From Antedon mediterranea (taxonomy: Eukaryota; Animalia; Echinodermata): a stretch of DNA of 64,000 nt. The notes below the pieces were generated by a model. The model had not been told where the DNA came from. It saw only the letters and a program-made list of their open reading frames with translations, and ran no database searches. Shown here one piece after another: positions 1-13,500 of the stretch. How positions within the stretch are numbered: the first letter of the stretch is position 1; every line of letters begins with the position of its first letter. Location: NCBI RefSeq assembly GCF_964355755.1, contig NC_092676.1, positions 16,386,871 to 16,450,870 of the forward strand. The letters are read 5' to 3'. Made by a program: the position numbers and the translations under genes.

Positions 1-32
1 AATTGTTCTTCAATTTTGTTGTAACCTTTCAG

Positions 33-3000
33 GGATTGCAAAAACAGAAAAAGAATTGGAACAGATAATTTTTCATGCAGGCACTGCAGTAAAGGACAAC
101 AAAATAGTTACATCTGGAGGTCGTGTACTAGCAACAGTTGCAAAAGCAGTAGACTTGCCCTCAGCAGCTATGCAGGCTCTCAATGGTGCTGAAACAATAG
201 AATTTGATGGTGCTATATTCAGAAAAGATATTGCAAAGAAGGGATGTGACTTTTTAAGCAGGTAGGAATGGATTGGGAAATCATAAAAAAATGCTGCTAA
301 ACATTCCTTATTTACATATTGCTGATTTACATACAGGTGATTCAGAAATTGTTGATTTAAATACAGGTGGTTAAGAAATTCCTGATTTACATTTGCATAC
401 TTTGTAAAATTGCTACCATGTCAAAAAAGTAATATTTTTATCTATTTTCTTAGTGCTTCTATTATTTTTTAAAAATAAATAATAATAATAAATCATTATT
501 TATATTAAATGCATTAAAACAATAAAACTGCCATTAAAGTATGTGTGTTGTGAGTTGAATTGAAATTATTTGTTGTCTGAATTTTGTTTAGTAGGAATAT
601 GCCATTATAAGCACCATGGTTGTCAGACCTGTGGCACATTATGATGAGAATGGTTTAATAGACACATTCACACTAGACATTTTTAGGTTAATTAAAGTGT
701 GTGTAACTGAAAAATGTTTAGTGTGAATGGTTTTTACAACTTGTTTTTGATCAGTTTAAGTTCATAAGTGTTTCCTTTCGTATCCTGCTCACATTATCAT
801 GTATGGACCAAGCAAGGCCTTTTGATTGTTTGCAGTACTATGTAATGTATTTAACACTTAAATGTGAGACAATTCTGAGAAGATTGAGCGTATGTGCTAG
901 GCAAATTGGCTAGAGACCAACTTCCTATCTTGGTAACAAGACTACATGAATAGTGTCCATTCAAACATTGGAAAAATCTTGTCTTTAATTAATGTGAACT
1001 TTTAAATTTCTTTGTCCCCAACATTTTTTAGACCAAATATATTTGTAATTATTAGGAATAATTCTGATGGTTTGACATACTCTGATTGTGGTGTGAGTAT
1101 TGCAGCTGGTAACAGCTTAGTTGATGCTATTAAGCCATTAGCAATGGGGACTTCCAGACAAGGTTGTAGTGCTGTTCTTGGAGGCTTTGGTGGAGTGTTT
1201 GATACCAAGGCAGCTGGATATAAAGACCCTCTTTTGATCTCTGGCACAGATGGAGTTGGCACCAAGTTAAAGGTATGTTATTAATATTGGGTTGGAGAAG
1301 TTGAATTGAAATTTATTGAATTGAAATTTATATTTATACTGGGTAACCTCTTCAGTCAAAGACTGGTCTCCCAGAGGGCCCAGTTGGTGATCAGTGGCTG
1401 TGATGTACTAATACACCGGGGTAACCCCCTACTCGTCTCGAAAGATATACTAGGTTCTTTAAAGTGCACACGAGCTAGATGTGTACACTGGACCTACGGT
1501 TTATAGTCCTTATCCGAGAAGACTCGTTCTACCACCAGAACCATGGAGTGAGTGAGCCTCGAACCCCTGCCGATGTTATGGCTACGTAATTACGGTTCCA
1601 CTGTCTGAACCGCTCGGCCACTCACTCACTCAAGTTGCAGTTTAGTTTTTAAAACACATAAGATTCAGACATTAACAGACATGGTCTACATCTAATTACA
1701 TTGGAACACCCCCAGCCTACATCTAATTTCCCTTCACACACCCAGCCTACATCTAATTTCCCTTCACACACCCAGCCTACATCTAATTTCCCTTCACACA
1801 CCCAGCCTACATCTAATTTCCCTTCACACACCCAGCCTACATCTAATTTCCCTTCACACCCCCAGCCTACATCTAATTTCCCTTCACACACCCAGCCTAC
1901 ATCTAATTTCCCTTCACACACCCAGCCTACATCTAATTTCCCTTCACACACCCAGCCTACATCTAATTTCCCTTCACACACCCAGCCTACATCTAATTTC
2001 CCTTCACACACCCAGCCTACATCTAATTTCCCTTCACACTCCCAGCCTACATCTAATTTCCCTTCACACTCCCAGCCTACATCGAATTTCCCTTCACACT
2101 CCCAGCCTACATCTAATTTCCCTTCACACTCCCAGCCTACATCGAATTTCCCTTCACACACCCAGCCTACATCTAATTTCCCTTCACACTCCCAGCCTAC
2201 ATCGAATTTCCCTTCACACTCCCAGCCTACATCTAATTTCCCTTCACACTCCCAGCCTACATCTAATTTCCCTTCACACACCCAGCCTACATCGAATTTC
2301 CCTTCACACACCCAGCCTACATCTAATTTCCCTTCACACACCCAGCCTACATCGAATTTCCCTTCACACACCCAGCCTACATTGAATTTCCCTTCACACA
2401 CCCAGCCTACATCTAATTTCCCTTCACACACCCAGTCTACATCTAATTTCCCTTCACACACCCAGCCTACATCTAATTTCCCTTCACACACCCAGCCTAC
2501 ATCTAATTTCCCTTCACACACCCAGTCTACATCTAATTTCCCTTCACACTCCCAGCCTACATCTAATTTCTCTAATTTCCCTTCACACACCCAGCCTATA
2601 TCTAATTTCCCTTCACACACCCAGCCTATATCTAATTTCCCTTCACACACCCAGCCTACATCTAATTTCCCTTCACACACCCAGTCTACATCTAATTTCC
2701 CTTCACACTCCCAGCCTACATCTAATTTCCCTTCACACTCCCAGCCTACATCGAATTTCCCTTCACACACCCAGCCTACATCTAATTTCCCTTCACACTC
2801 CCAGCCTACATCGAATTTCCCTTCACACTCCCAGCCTACATCTAATTTCCCTTCACACTCCCAGCCTACATCTAATTTCCCTTCACACACCCAGCCTACA
2901 TCGAATTTCCCTTCACACACCCAGCCTACATCTAATTTCCCTTCACACACCCAGCCTACATCGAATTTCCCTTCACACACCCAGCCTACATTGAATTTCC

Positions 3001-6000
3001 CTTCACACACCCAGCCTACATCTAATTTCCCTTCACACACCCAGTCTACATCTAATTTCCCTTCACACACCCAGCCTACATCTAATTTCCCTTCACACAC
3101 CCAGCCTACATCTAATTTCCCTTCACACACCCAGTCTACATCTAATTTCCCTTCACACTCCCAGCCTACATCTAATTTCTCTAATTTCCCTTCACACACC
3201 CAGCCTATATCTAATTTCCCTTCACACACCCAGCCTATATCTAATTTCCCTTCACACACCCAGCCTACATCTAATTTCCCTTCACACACCCAGTCTACAT
3301 CTAATTTCCCTTCACACTCCCAGCCTACATCTAATTTCTCTAATTTCCCTTCACACACCCAGCCTATATCTAATTTCCCTTCACACACCCAGCCTATATC
3401 TAATTTCCCTTCACACACCCAGCCTATATCTAATTTCCCTTCACACACCCAGCCTATATCTAATTTCCCTTCACACACCCAGCCTATATCTAATTTCCCT
3501 TCACACACCCAGTCTAAATCTAATTTCTCCATGCACACCTATCCTACCTTCTAATTTACCTGTTCACAACTGCCCTATAGTGTACCCTCCACAGCCTATA
3601 CTGAATGGCCCCTAACGCACTCTTCTATACATTACTGGTCTATACCCATAATTTGCTACTTTTGCATTTTTTCAGATAGCTCAAAGTGTCGGAGAGCATG
3701 ACAGTGTTGGCGTTGATTTAGTTGCCATGTGTGTAAATGATATCTTAGCACATGGTGCAGAGGCACTCTTCTTTCTAGACTACTTTGCCTGTGGAAGACT
3801 GAATGTAACTGTTGCTAGGGATGTTGTTAGTGGAGTTGCCAAGGGGTGCAAACTTGGTGGTTGCGCACTGTTAGGTCAGTTGCTGTTGTCTTATTTCATA
3901 TTTCTGACAGTTTGCTTCAAACAATAGAAAGCCTCCAATAATACAGCCACCTGACTACCAATATGCAAATGAAATTACTCTCATTATTAGGAAAGAGCAT
4001 TAAAAGTAGGTGGCAGCAACATACCAAATGGATACAGATAAGATGCAATGTTTATACAGTAACACAAAAAAACAAGAATCAAACAATTTAACATGTTTGA
4101 ATGTTTCATCATGCTTGAAACATTCCTAAAACATTAAAAAAGTATTCACGCCCTAAATATTTTTTCACTGTATCCCTGTAATAAAAATCAGGAATTGGAC
4201 AAGAATATCCTAAGTTTTGCCTATCCTAGTTTAACAAAAATATGTGTGATGTTCCCAAATATGGTAGTGATATGATGTCATCATACATTTGATGGTGTAG
4301 ACAGAACTTTAAAACGTAGAGTACTACTCTTGTGCTAAATGCAATACTTGTATTTTATAGGTGGAGAAACAGCTGAAATGCCTGGTATGTATTCAGATGG
4401 TGACTATGATCTAGCAGGGTTTGCAGTCGGAGCAGTAGAACGTGATCAGACACTGCCAAGAATGTCAGACATAAAGACTGGTGATGTCATCATTGGCATA
4501 TCGTCATCTGGTATCCATAGCAATGGCTTCAGTCTTGTGAGAAAACTAGTGGAGAGAGTGGCACTATCATATAGTGACCCATGTCCGTTTGAGGCTGGAA
4601 AAAGTTTAGGCAAGTTCTTGTTAGAGATATTTTACTTTTTGAATCATGTCTTTAGAAATTAACTTTAATAGTAATTTGACAGAAGTTTTGGATCCTTCCA
4701 GTAGTGTTATAGTAAAATCACTGTATCACAGCTATGTGTGAAAGAGGCTAACACTTTAGCCACAATGAACATTATATATCACCAGCCAGTATTGAATTTT
4801 GTATAATAAATAATACTTTTAAAATTCATATTTTAGGTCAGTGTCTGTTAACGCCAACCAAAGTATACAGTAAAACACTTCTACCATCAATTCGATCAGG
4901 AAAGGTGAAAGCATTTGCACACATCACCGGAGGAGGCTTACTTGAAAACATTCCAAGAGTTTTACCAAAACATCTTTGTGCATACCTAAAATCAAAATGG
5001 AATATTCCACCTGTGTTTGGCTGGATTGCTACAGCTGGAAACATTAATGCATCAGAGATGGCGAGAACATTCAATTGTGGTATTGGAGGGGTATTTATAG
5101 TTAATGAGGCTGATGCAGAAGAAGTTATACAAATGGTAAAGGGAAGTGGAGAAGAATGCTGTACTATAGGAAACATTGTAGCAACTGAAAGTGATGGTAA
5201 TAATATACAAATATAATATATACTGATTTAAATTAAAGCCTATGGGCGATAACTTTGTCTCAGGATATAGTATAGTCTCCAGACCATATATGTCCTATTC
5301 TTAGCCCCCTCTGGCCTTAGTCAATATGTCTTTTCAATTCAATTCAATTCAATTTCTTTATTGCTGCAAATGCCATCAAGGGCTAATAATATCCACTTAA
5401 ACATACTACATCATACAAACATATTTACATTTAAAATTGTTTTTATTATTACTATAGTTATTGTCATTCTTAAACTGCATATCAATGTCACACCATACCA
5501 TCAAATTTTCATAGATGCAAATGAAAGCCTAACTATATCAAAAAACCTACAACACTACCATCTGTATTCATTCGTTTATTCATTAGTGGAAAATTACTTC
5601 CATTTATTGTCATTTGCATATTAGATATTGATTGAATTATTTAATATTTCTGTGCTAAACTCTTATTTCAACAGGTGAACAAGTAAGAATTGATGGTTTG
5701 CAAGAGGCTCTCTTAAACAGTGCCCCAAAAAATGGTGTGTCATCTTCACCTTCAAATAAATTAAAAGTTGGTGTGTTAATATCAGGAACTGGTAAGTTAA
5801 CTAGTAACTAGTGGCTGGCCAACGAACTTAAAACCAAAGGAGAAAAGCTGTAGAATATAACCATTTAAGCGTATTAATGTATTGGAAAATTATGTTCCAG
5901 TCAGTGAGTTTGAGTATCCACATTACAGCAGAGTTAATTAGCCTTGTATGCATTATTCTGTATTTATAACACACCTGATTGTATTCTTACAATTTGATTG

Positions 6001-9000
6001 GTTAATTACCCATCACTTGTCATTCTTCATTAGCCTAACATAACGGAAAAGGGATATCAAATGCTGATAAGCGCTCTAATGCACATTCAGCTATTGAATG
6101 TCAACATTTTGAGAATGTTTGACTGATCACGTTCGAAAATCAACTCGTGTGCTAAAAAACTTCTTCTCCGTGTCCAAAGTTTGAGCTTTGCCTTTTTTAA
6201 TGGCCTAGCTTTCCAGCCTAACATTCGTCAATAATTTACGGTGGATAAATTGAATAAAACTAGGTGTGTTTTAATAATACAAATAATTAATATTTTGTAT
6301 TCATTGATTAAAGAGAATATTTTAATCGATGACAAATTGACTGTCCTATTTTCAAATCATCTCCACCTTGTTAAAAATAGAACAGTAAATTTGTCAACTC
6401 ATGAAATATTCTCCAACTCATAAAGATTCATTATTTTTATTATCTTTTTGGTTATCTATTTCCAATTTAAGGAACAAATTTACAGGCTCTGATTAACCAC
6501 ACACAAAACCCATCAAAACCAAGTGAAGCTGAAATTGTACTGGTGATTTCAAATGTTGCTGATGTTTTAGGTTTAGAGAGAGCTAAGAAAGCTGGTATAC
6601 CAACTAAAGTAAGGTTTTTCTTTCCACTCATATCTATATGCGGAACATCATTTCGATAATAGAACAAATCATACATCTACACTAATCAAGCATCGTATAC
6701 TCTATCTCTAACAATATTTCAATCTTCTATCGACTAAAGCTGAAGTATAGTTGTTATCTCGGAACCGTTCTATGGTTACCACCAGGTAGGCTTGCTTCAT
6801 CAAGGCTTCTATGAATGGATGTACTGGTTGGGAGCAGAAAATCTAGTAGACCATACCCAGTACCGTTTTGATTACGATCAATCGGGAATTTACTTCACGA
6901 CGATATAGGCCTAGGTGCCGACATAGGACTCTAGTTGGACTGTACCATCAAGTCATTTCTCGCATTCAAAATCTACACTTTGGCACTAACAAACTTTTCC
7001 TATTTCTACATCCTAAACTACTTTTTATTTTTCTACCATATACCTTCTATATTTTCATCCTTTATCTGTTATCGATATAAACAACATTACACGCGTACAT
7101 CGTAACGCGAGCATTTCATTCTATTCGCATACGCACTTTATCGAACATAATTTTAAACCAAACCAAATCATACATACAACGATAAGACATCAACCGATTC
7201 AGTTCAAAACCAGTTATTAAGGTAAACTTTTAAATTTAAATTAATTTATGTTTCTATCCACTCTACCATATTCATATAAAGATATTGTGGAACCACGTCA
7301 GGTCAAGTTCAATATTGAATATCGAAACGTGGCAGGCTATGGCGCTTGACCTTTGACAAGATCGCCTAAAATTTATAAATTAAACTTACGATACTTATTA
7401 TTGTATATTCAGGAATAGCCGCTCCATAATCTCTTTGCTTTTCTTCTTTATATCTATATTTTATTTTTTAAATTTATACTAACAAATATATATTTTTATT
7501 AATATTATAATCATAACAATAAATATTTTAAAAATATATAAAATATTATTTATCGCATAATATGCAGTCTTGGATAATTATTTAATATACAAAATCATTA
7601 CACCCAACCATGCCTACTACTTTCATCTCCTATATGCGGAACATCATTTGGATAATAGAACAAATCATACATCTACACTAATCAAGCATCGTATACTCTA
7701 TCTCTAACAATATTTCAATCTTCTATCGACTAAAGCTGAAGTATAGTCGTTATCTCGGAACCGTTCTATGGTTACCACCAGGTAGGCTTGCTTCATCAAG
7801 GCAGGCTTGCTTCATCAAGGCTTCTATGAATGGATGTACTGGTTGGGAGCAGAAAATCTAGTAGACCATACCCAGTACCGTTTTGATTACGATCAATCGG
7901 GAATTTACTTCACGACCTTAAACAAACCAAAAATGTTGCAAGCCTGGATACATTCTGAACTCTAATGGCATTTAAACCAAATCTTGTGTTTGAGGGTGGT
8001 ACGGTACTTTGATAAATAATGATTAATCTGGTTTCTGAAAATGTTTTATTATTAGTCATGTAAAAAATGGTAGATTAAAATTCACCTTGGAATGAAATTG
8101 AAATTATATATTTACAAATGACAATACATTTACTTACTTACTTATTGAGGGCTTTTAAATTTTAAGAGCACAGAAAATAAATCTATGACCAGTTTAGATA
8201 GGCAAAGATCATTGCCCCTTTTTGCTACTCGATATTAGTATTTTTTATTTTTTATTTTTATATGATAGGTTATCAGTCATAAAGGGTACAAAAAAAGAGT
8301 TGAATTTGACAAGTTTGTAAGCGATGCTCTAAATGAGGCTGGAGTAGAGTTTGTCTGCCTAGCAGGGTTTATGCGTATCCTAAGTGGAGAGTTTGTAAGA
8401 ACATGGCATGGTCGTTTGATCAATATTCACCCATCTCTACTGCCCTCATTCAAGGGAATGCACGCCCAGAAATTAGCCTTAGAAGCAGGTGTTAGAATAA
8501 GTGGTTGCACGGTACACTTTGTTGAGGTAAGTGAATTTAAGTAGATTGAGATTTTTAGTTTTATTTACTGAGTTTGACTAGATAAATCTACAGTAAACTT
8601 AACTATACCATGTACTCAATGGCTACACTATTCTCTATTGAGTTAATGGTAGTTACCTGAGTAGATTCTTGTCATTTGTTTAGATAATTGTGGGTCACAT
8701 GATATTCAATAAATACTCCATTGAGCCCATACGTCGTCATTTTGTATATGGCCCTTTTGTTATATATGTAGCATGTTCATTCTTGGAGTGGAGCTGTAGC
8801 TTGGTGATTATAACATGCTTGCCTTCCAATCCCAGGGTTCAGGGTTCAATCCTGATATACCAGGGTTTTAACTCTAGATTCTTTCAACTCCACAAATGAG
8901 ACATATTATAAGCACACATTAAATATTTTATCATGTAAGTGGCGAACTGCACGCTGTTGGAATGCGTAAAAAATAAGAGCAACCATGCGCATCACAAGGC

Positions 9001-9587
9001 TTTTTGTTCGACATTTTTTCCACTCCACTTCTAAAATTTGGAGCGCTGTCTCACTTTTAAAATTGGGAGTGCTGACTTCTGTTGAGTTTTGGATCTACAA
9101 AGAGTTCTATGGAATGGTTTAACCTAATCTTAACATATGTGCATTCGTAATCGCATAAAATCCGTCCTCCCAATAATTTGGTACTGACAAATTGTTAACA
9201 ACATCCATCGTACCAACAGAGGCTAGACTAGCAAAAGTTACTGGAAAATTTAATTTTGTGTGGTTGACTAAAAGAAGAAATCCATTAACAAGTGAGATGA
9301 TATGCTAGCCATAATTTTTGGTTTTATGACATTTTAGTGCTCGGAACTATTTATAATGACTTTATTATTGAAATGTGTTTATTTAGGAGGAGGTAGATGC
9401 AGGCGCCATACTGGTTCAAAGGACAGTACCAGTAAAGTCAAATGATACAATCACATCCTTACAAGAACGAATCAAAACAGCTGAACATGTTGCATACCCC
9501 AAGGCACTTGAGCTTGTTGCTAGGAAGATTGCAGTACTTGGTGATAATGGTAAAATTCAATGGAATGGGGAACCAGATGACCTTTGA
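33..9587 (+). CDS. GART: Trifunctional purine biosynthesis protein GARS-AIRS-GART, 3' part (5' exons lie upstream of the window)
   Basis: Nine exons join in frame: 33-261, 1056-1272, 3676-3874, 4361-4609, 4837-5196, 5675-5791, 6472-6608, 8269-8526, 9387-9587 (TGA 9585-9587). Motifs: GARS C-terminus [14 protein letters not shown]; [77 protein letters not shown]; GAR transformylase [45 protein letters not shown]. Confidence 0.97.
474..558 (+). promoter_or_regulatory. Candidate intronic polyadenylation site in GART (GARS-only transcript)
   Basis: AATAAA at 474, 487 and 521, followed by GT-rich gtatgtgtgttgtgagttg at about 539-558. An in-frame TAG lies at 263-265, just inside the intron. Confidence 0.5.
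665..729. repeat. Small fold-back (20-bp inverted arms), possible MITE remnant
   Basis: cattcacactagacattttt (665-684) pairs with aaaaatgtttagtgtgaatg (710-729), one mismatch. Confidence 0.6.
1300..1631 (-). mobile_element. tRNA-derived SINE with Deu/Nin-like central domain
   Basis: On the minus strand: pol III A box TGGCCGAGCGG (1620-1610), B box GGTTCGAGG (1565-1557), body ggataaggactataaaccgtaggtcc...gcactttaaagaacc resembling the Deu/Nin SINE domain, and a TTCAA-type tail near 1300-1328. Confidence 0.8.
1684..3530. repeat. 30-bp minisatellite, about 60 copies, in a GART intron
   Basis: Unit cccagcctacatctaatttcccttcacaca with recurrent single-base variants and three 9-bp tctaatttc insertions. 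Confidence 0.98.
6634..7916. repeat. About 268-bp near-identical direct repeats, about 1 kb apart, in a GART intron
   Basis: 6634-6901 recurs at 7630-7916. The second copy has an extra 19-bp tandem duplication (aggcttgcttcatcaaggc). Confidence 0.92.
8788..8865 (+). mobile_element. Degenerate tRNA-derived SINE head
   Basis: tagcttggtg A-box-like and ggttcaatcc B-box-like motifs at tRNA-like spacing. Confidence 0.4.
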
Positions 9588-9967
9588 CTCCAGGGTGCTA
9601 GAAAAAATTAATATTTTTCATTTTACAGTAATGAAATAATTTTAATAGTGCTATATACTGTATTTATTAACTTCATATATGAATTGCACAATTTTGAACA
9701 AAATACTCACTTGAAAAATACATATTTGTTTTCCTTATTTTGGGTTTTCTCAGTATGAATATATTCCATATAATTTGTATTAATGTACCATGACCTACGA
9801 CCTGGATTGCAATCATTGATTGTTGATGTTTAACTTGGTCAAGTCAAATACAGGGTGTTATATATATTTATTAAACTATTTACATGAATAATGTTTTTGT
9901 AAGGCTATAAGTTTCTGAGATCTTAGCAATTTAGTTTGTCACATCTATTTCAACAATCAAATGAAAC

Positions 9968-10225
9968 GGGGCATGTGGCACAGGGTGTTTTGGACGTTGG
10001 ACTACTGATTGTGGGTTCGATCATTGCTTGTATCCTTGGTCAAGCATGTTTGCCTCGCTCCACCATCCAGGTATACAAATGGGTACCTGGTAGAGGTCAA
10101 AACACAACTTTGCGCTGATTACTAGCTGCATTATAGGAGTATGTTTCCATATGTGTTTGATCCAAAAATGACCAGGGTATTAATATGTACAGCACTTACA
10201 GGTGTCTCAACACTTGGCGCTTTAT
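9968..10225 (+). mobile_element. Degenerate tRNA-derived SINE
   Basis: tggcacaggg A-box-like and gggttcgatc B-box-like motifs, then tgtatccttggtcaag...ccaggtatacaaatgggtacc, similar to conserved invertebrate SINE bodies. Confidence 0.55.
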
Positions 10226-10549
10226 AATTCACAAACAGTGTATGATGAGACATGATGATGATCACTACAATTATTAACAGATTTTCAAACTATCGTTACT
10301 GGATTAACAAAGTTAAAATATAAATTTCACAGTTTTAAAAATTACAACGAAAAGAGTTAAATAGTTAATACCAGATTATGATTAATGTTAATTTTCAAAT
10401 TCATTATTAATATTTGTTTATATTTTTACTATTGTTATTCGCTTAAATTGACAATACAGAGTAACATTCTTTGCACTCTCAATCCATCCGTAAATCCGTT
10501 TCCACGGCACACAAAATTAAAACCTGTTAATTTATCGTAGTTTTTTTCG

Positions 10550-13500
10550 CTATACACAAATCGTTTTACTTATATACTCAAACTGAAGGCCAGTATTTTG
10601 CATTTTGTGTTCGTAAAGTTCATCAAATTTTTCGGTTTGAGTCTTTGTAAAGTAATGTATCCAATCTCCAACTATTCCTGAAAAAAATAAATCATATCAA
10701 TAATCATAAACCAAGTAAATTCTCTTCATAATACCATAATAACATTCATGTTATCAGCATGCTGATCTATATATACTGTATATATATATATATTTGTTAA
10801 CTGTTTTTGTCGGTAGTGGCGGTAATTATCGCCGTTGGTTTTGATTGAATAAAATAAAAATACAATTTTAACGAAAGAGCGGGTAAAATATGAATCTGGA
10901 AATATTTTGATCGTTTTCTAAATTTCATTAGGTACTTATACGAAGATCTCTTTAAAAAAGGCAAATAGTCAAAAATGGAATATTAATACACTCTTTTTGG
11001 ACAGATGGGACGCTTCGCGGAGGAAGTTGTAGTACAACCTTAAGCTCTGTCTACACTATCAAACTTTATGCGACAATAAAATTTGATGTGCCCATATATG
11101 ATGGACAATATCATATCACTGCCATTAGTTGGGCATACCACTACCGTGGGAACATCACCAAACTAGTTTGATAGTGTAGACAAAGCTTTAAAAAGTATAC
11201 ACAATTTTAACTTTAACATTTGTATGTTTATATATAGTGTATATATATGGCACAGATCCCAGGTTTAATACAATTTTACGCCGTTCACAGAAAACAAGGT
11301 CACTTTATTTAAATTTTAATTACACGGCCTGCTAACAAGTAGACTACAACGTACGGTTGAACTAGTGCCATCAAAACCGTGTATAGTTTGTAATATAAAG
11401 TAATTGTAATTTAATATAAATTAATATATCTTCATAAATATTTAGCTGCTGTTACCATGCAACTACTAACCTTTCCTCATAAATGGATACGATTCAATGT
11501 TCATCAAAGGATGTTCTGAAAAGTTCACTTTACGATTTGATTTCATTGAGTCAAATGAACAGTGGAGAACGATGTCAGCAAGTTTTCCATCTGGAACTGG
11601 CCAACCCAAAAACTTGGATACTTTCAAAATAACACTAGAAAGATCCTTTAAAAAACATGTAGTAATTATTAATTGTGAGTAAAAAAGTAAGATACAATAT
11701 AGTCACTCTTAAAGGAACAACTTTGTGAACAAAGCGTCCCTCACACCTGAGATATTTTATAATACAAGTAACAATTTGATTTAATTACTGTACCTAAACT
11801 GGAGCGGGGTTATGTAAATCTTCACCATAACGCACACATTGTAAATGTTATTATAACGTGATACCAACCTGATGCATTTCTTCATACTTGACAAACAAAA
11901 CATTTTTCTGTGTACGTTGACTCCACCAGTAAGTATTCATTTCAAACCAGCTTCCATACACAACTAAAAATTAAGTGCTTTCTTTTAAATATTTTTTAAA
12001 CAATTTAGTTTGCAATAACCAAGGCTATCTAGGGTAATATAAAACAAACCCCGAAAAAAAAGTAAAGTGAGGCCAGTCATTATGATTCAATATTTCGAAC
12101 TTTATTTATTTTGGACGGTATTTCTTGACATTTATATTGATTTAATGGAAAACGCATTCTTAAGGCCAACTCAGACAGCATTACGATGAGGCCCGACGAA
12201 ACGTCTTGACTCGTCGATGCTGTCTGAGTTGAATCCCGACAAGACGGTCGTCTCTAGATAGCGCCGGTCGTAATTTTTAAGTCGTCGCGAGAACTTTAAT
12301 CATGTTTAATTTTCTCCCGACGAGACAACTCTTTGGACCTCGTTGTACTTCGCTGTCTGAGTTGGCCTTTATTCTATGCAAACAAAAGTTTTCTATAAAT
12401 TACCGTCGCCAATACAGAAACTATGCAAGAAATCTTGCCATGTATATTTAGGTAGATCCACAACCCCTAAATGGAAATTGAAGTACGATACAGCTGTGTC
12501 TTTAGGATTTCTGCTAACAAATATAACCTGAAAAAAGAAAGAGTATACAGTATATAAACTAATAAAGTGGTGTGGTGGTAAAGAGTTACCCCTTCTGGGG
12601 CGGGTGTTTATTCTAGTGTACATAATGTTTCACAGTAGCACAAGCATATTGTTTAAAAACAATTTAAAATGGCATGGATCTTATTTGACATCTAGAAATT
12701 TGGAACTGAATGTTGTGTTTTTAACACAAACATTGCTGGTAGACTTATAACTACAAGCACAGTCAATTTACAGTGTTCAGCTCACGAGAACATCTATCTA
12801 CTTCCTTGTTTCAACAATACTACAGGTCTACGTAATGTACAGGGCGTTTTTTCGAAAAACGAGAACAAGTATTATGATGATATGAAAATGTGGAAGCAAC
12901 ATGTACAGTTTGACACAATTAAACGAGTTTTTGATCTGAAATAATAAGCTTTTACATATTTAAAGTATCTTGGTCTGAAGCTGAATTGGGTTTTGAAAAA
13001 TTAACATAAAGTTTTTGATCAATTCGTGTACGAATGTGGCACATCAGATGACCCCTAGTAACAATGAAACTCGACTGCAACAATAATATAATAATCTTCC
13101 AGTGTAGGTCTAAATAAACAATTATGAGCATGTGTGCATAAAAATGATGGAGTTGATGTCACCAAATAAGGGACAGTACTGTACTGTGTAGTAGGTCTAC
13201 TGTTAAATGTTTCATATTTTATTATTTTTATATTTTAGTCATTACAAATATACACCAGCAATTTTTGTAAGTACAAATAAAACACACTTCATGCCAGTAA
13301 AATACATATATACCTTGGCTTTCTTGGCAAATATTTGAGGCGGTAGTTGATGTTTTTGTAAATGTGTTTTTAATAACCTAGGAGACGGTTGTGTCTTTGC
13401 TTTTATGTATGGCGCAATCTCGTTTCCAATTTGGTGATCTAGAAACATAAATCGTTCGCGCATAAAGTCTTCGTCTGCCTTTTGAAAATCACAGTTGTGT

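Noticed and set aside
641-710. Possible box C/D snoRNA (ATGATGA ... CTGA) in a GART intron
   Set aside because: No recognisable rRNA guide sequence, and the segment is better explained by the overlapping 665-729 inverted repeat.
1545-1631. tRNA gene
   Set aside because: A and B boxes are present but continue into a SINE body and tail, with no convincing cloverleaf.
1649-3554. Overlapping 629-aa (-) and 617-aa (+) ORFs of decapeptide repeats
   Set aside because: They are translations of a 30-bp minisatellite inside a GART intron. Unit length divisible by three keeps both strands open, and there is no unique domain or exon context.
6790-6810. Hammerhead ribozyme in the direct repeat
   Set aside because: The minus strand reads CTTGATGA, not the CTGANGA core, and I found no suitably placed GAAA with stems.
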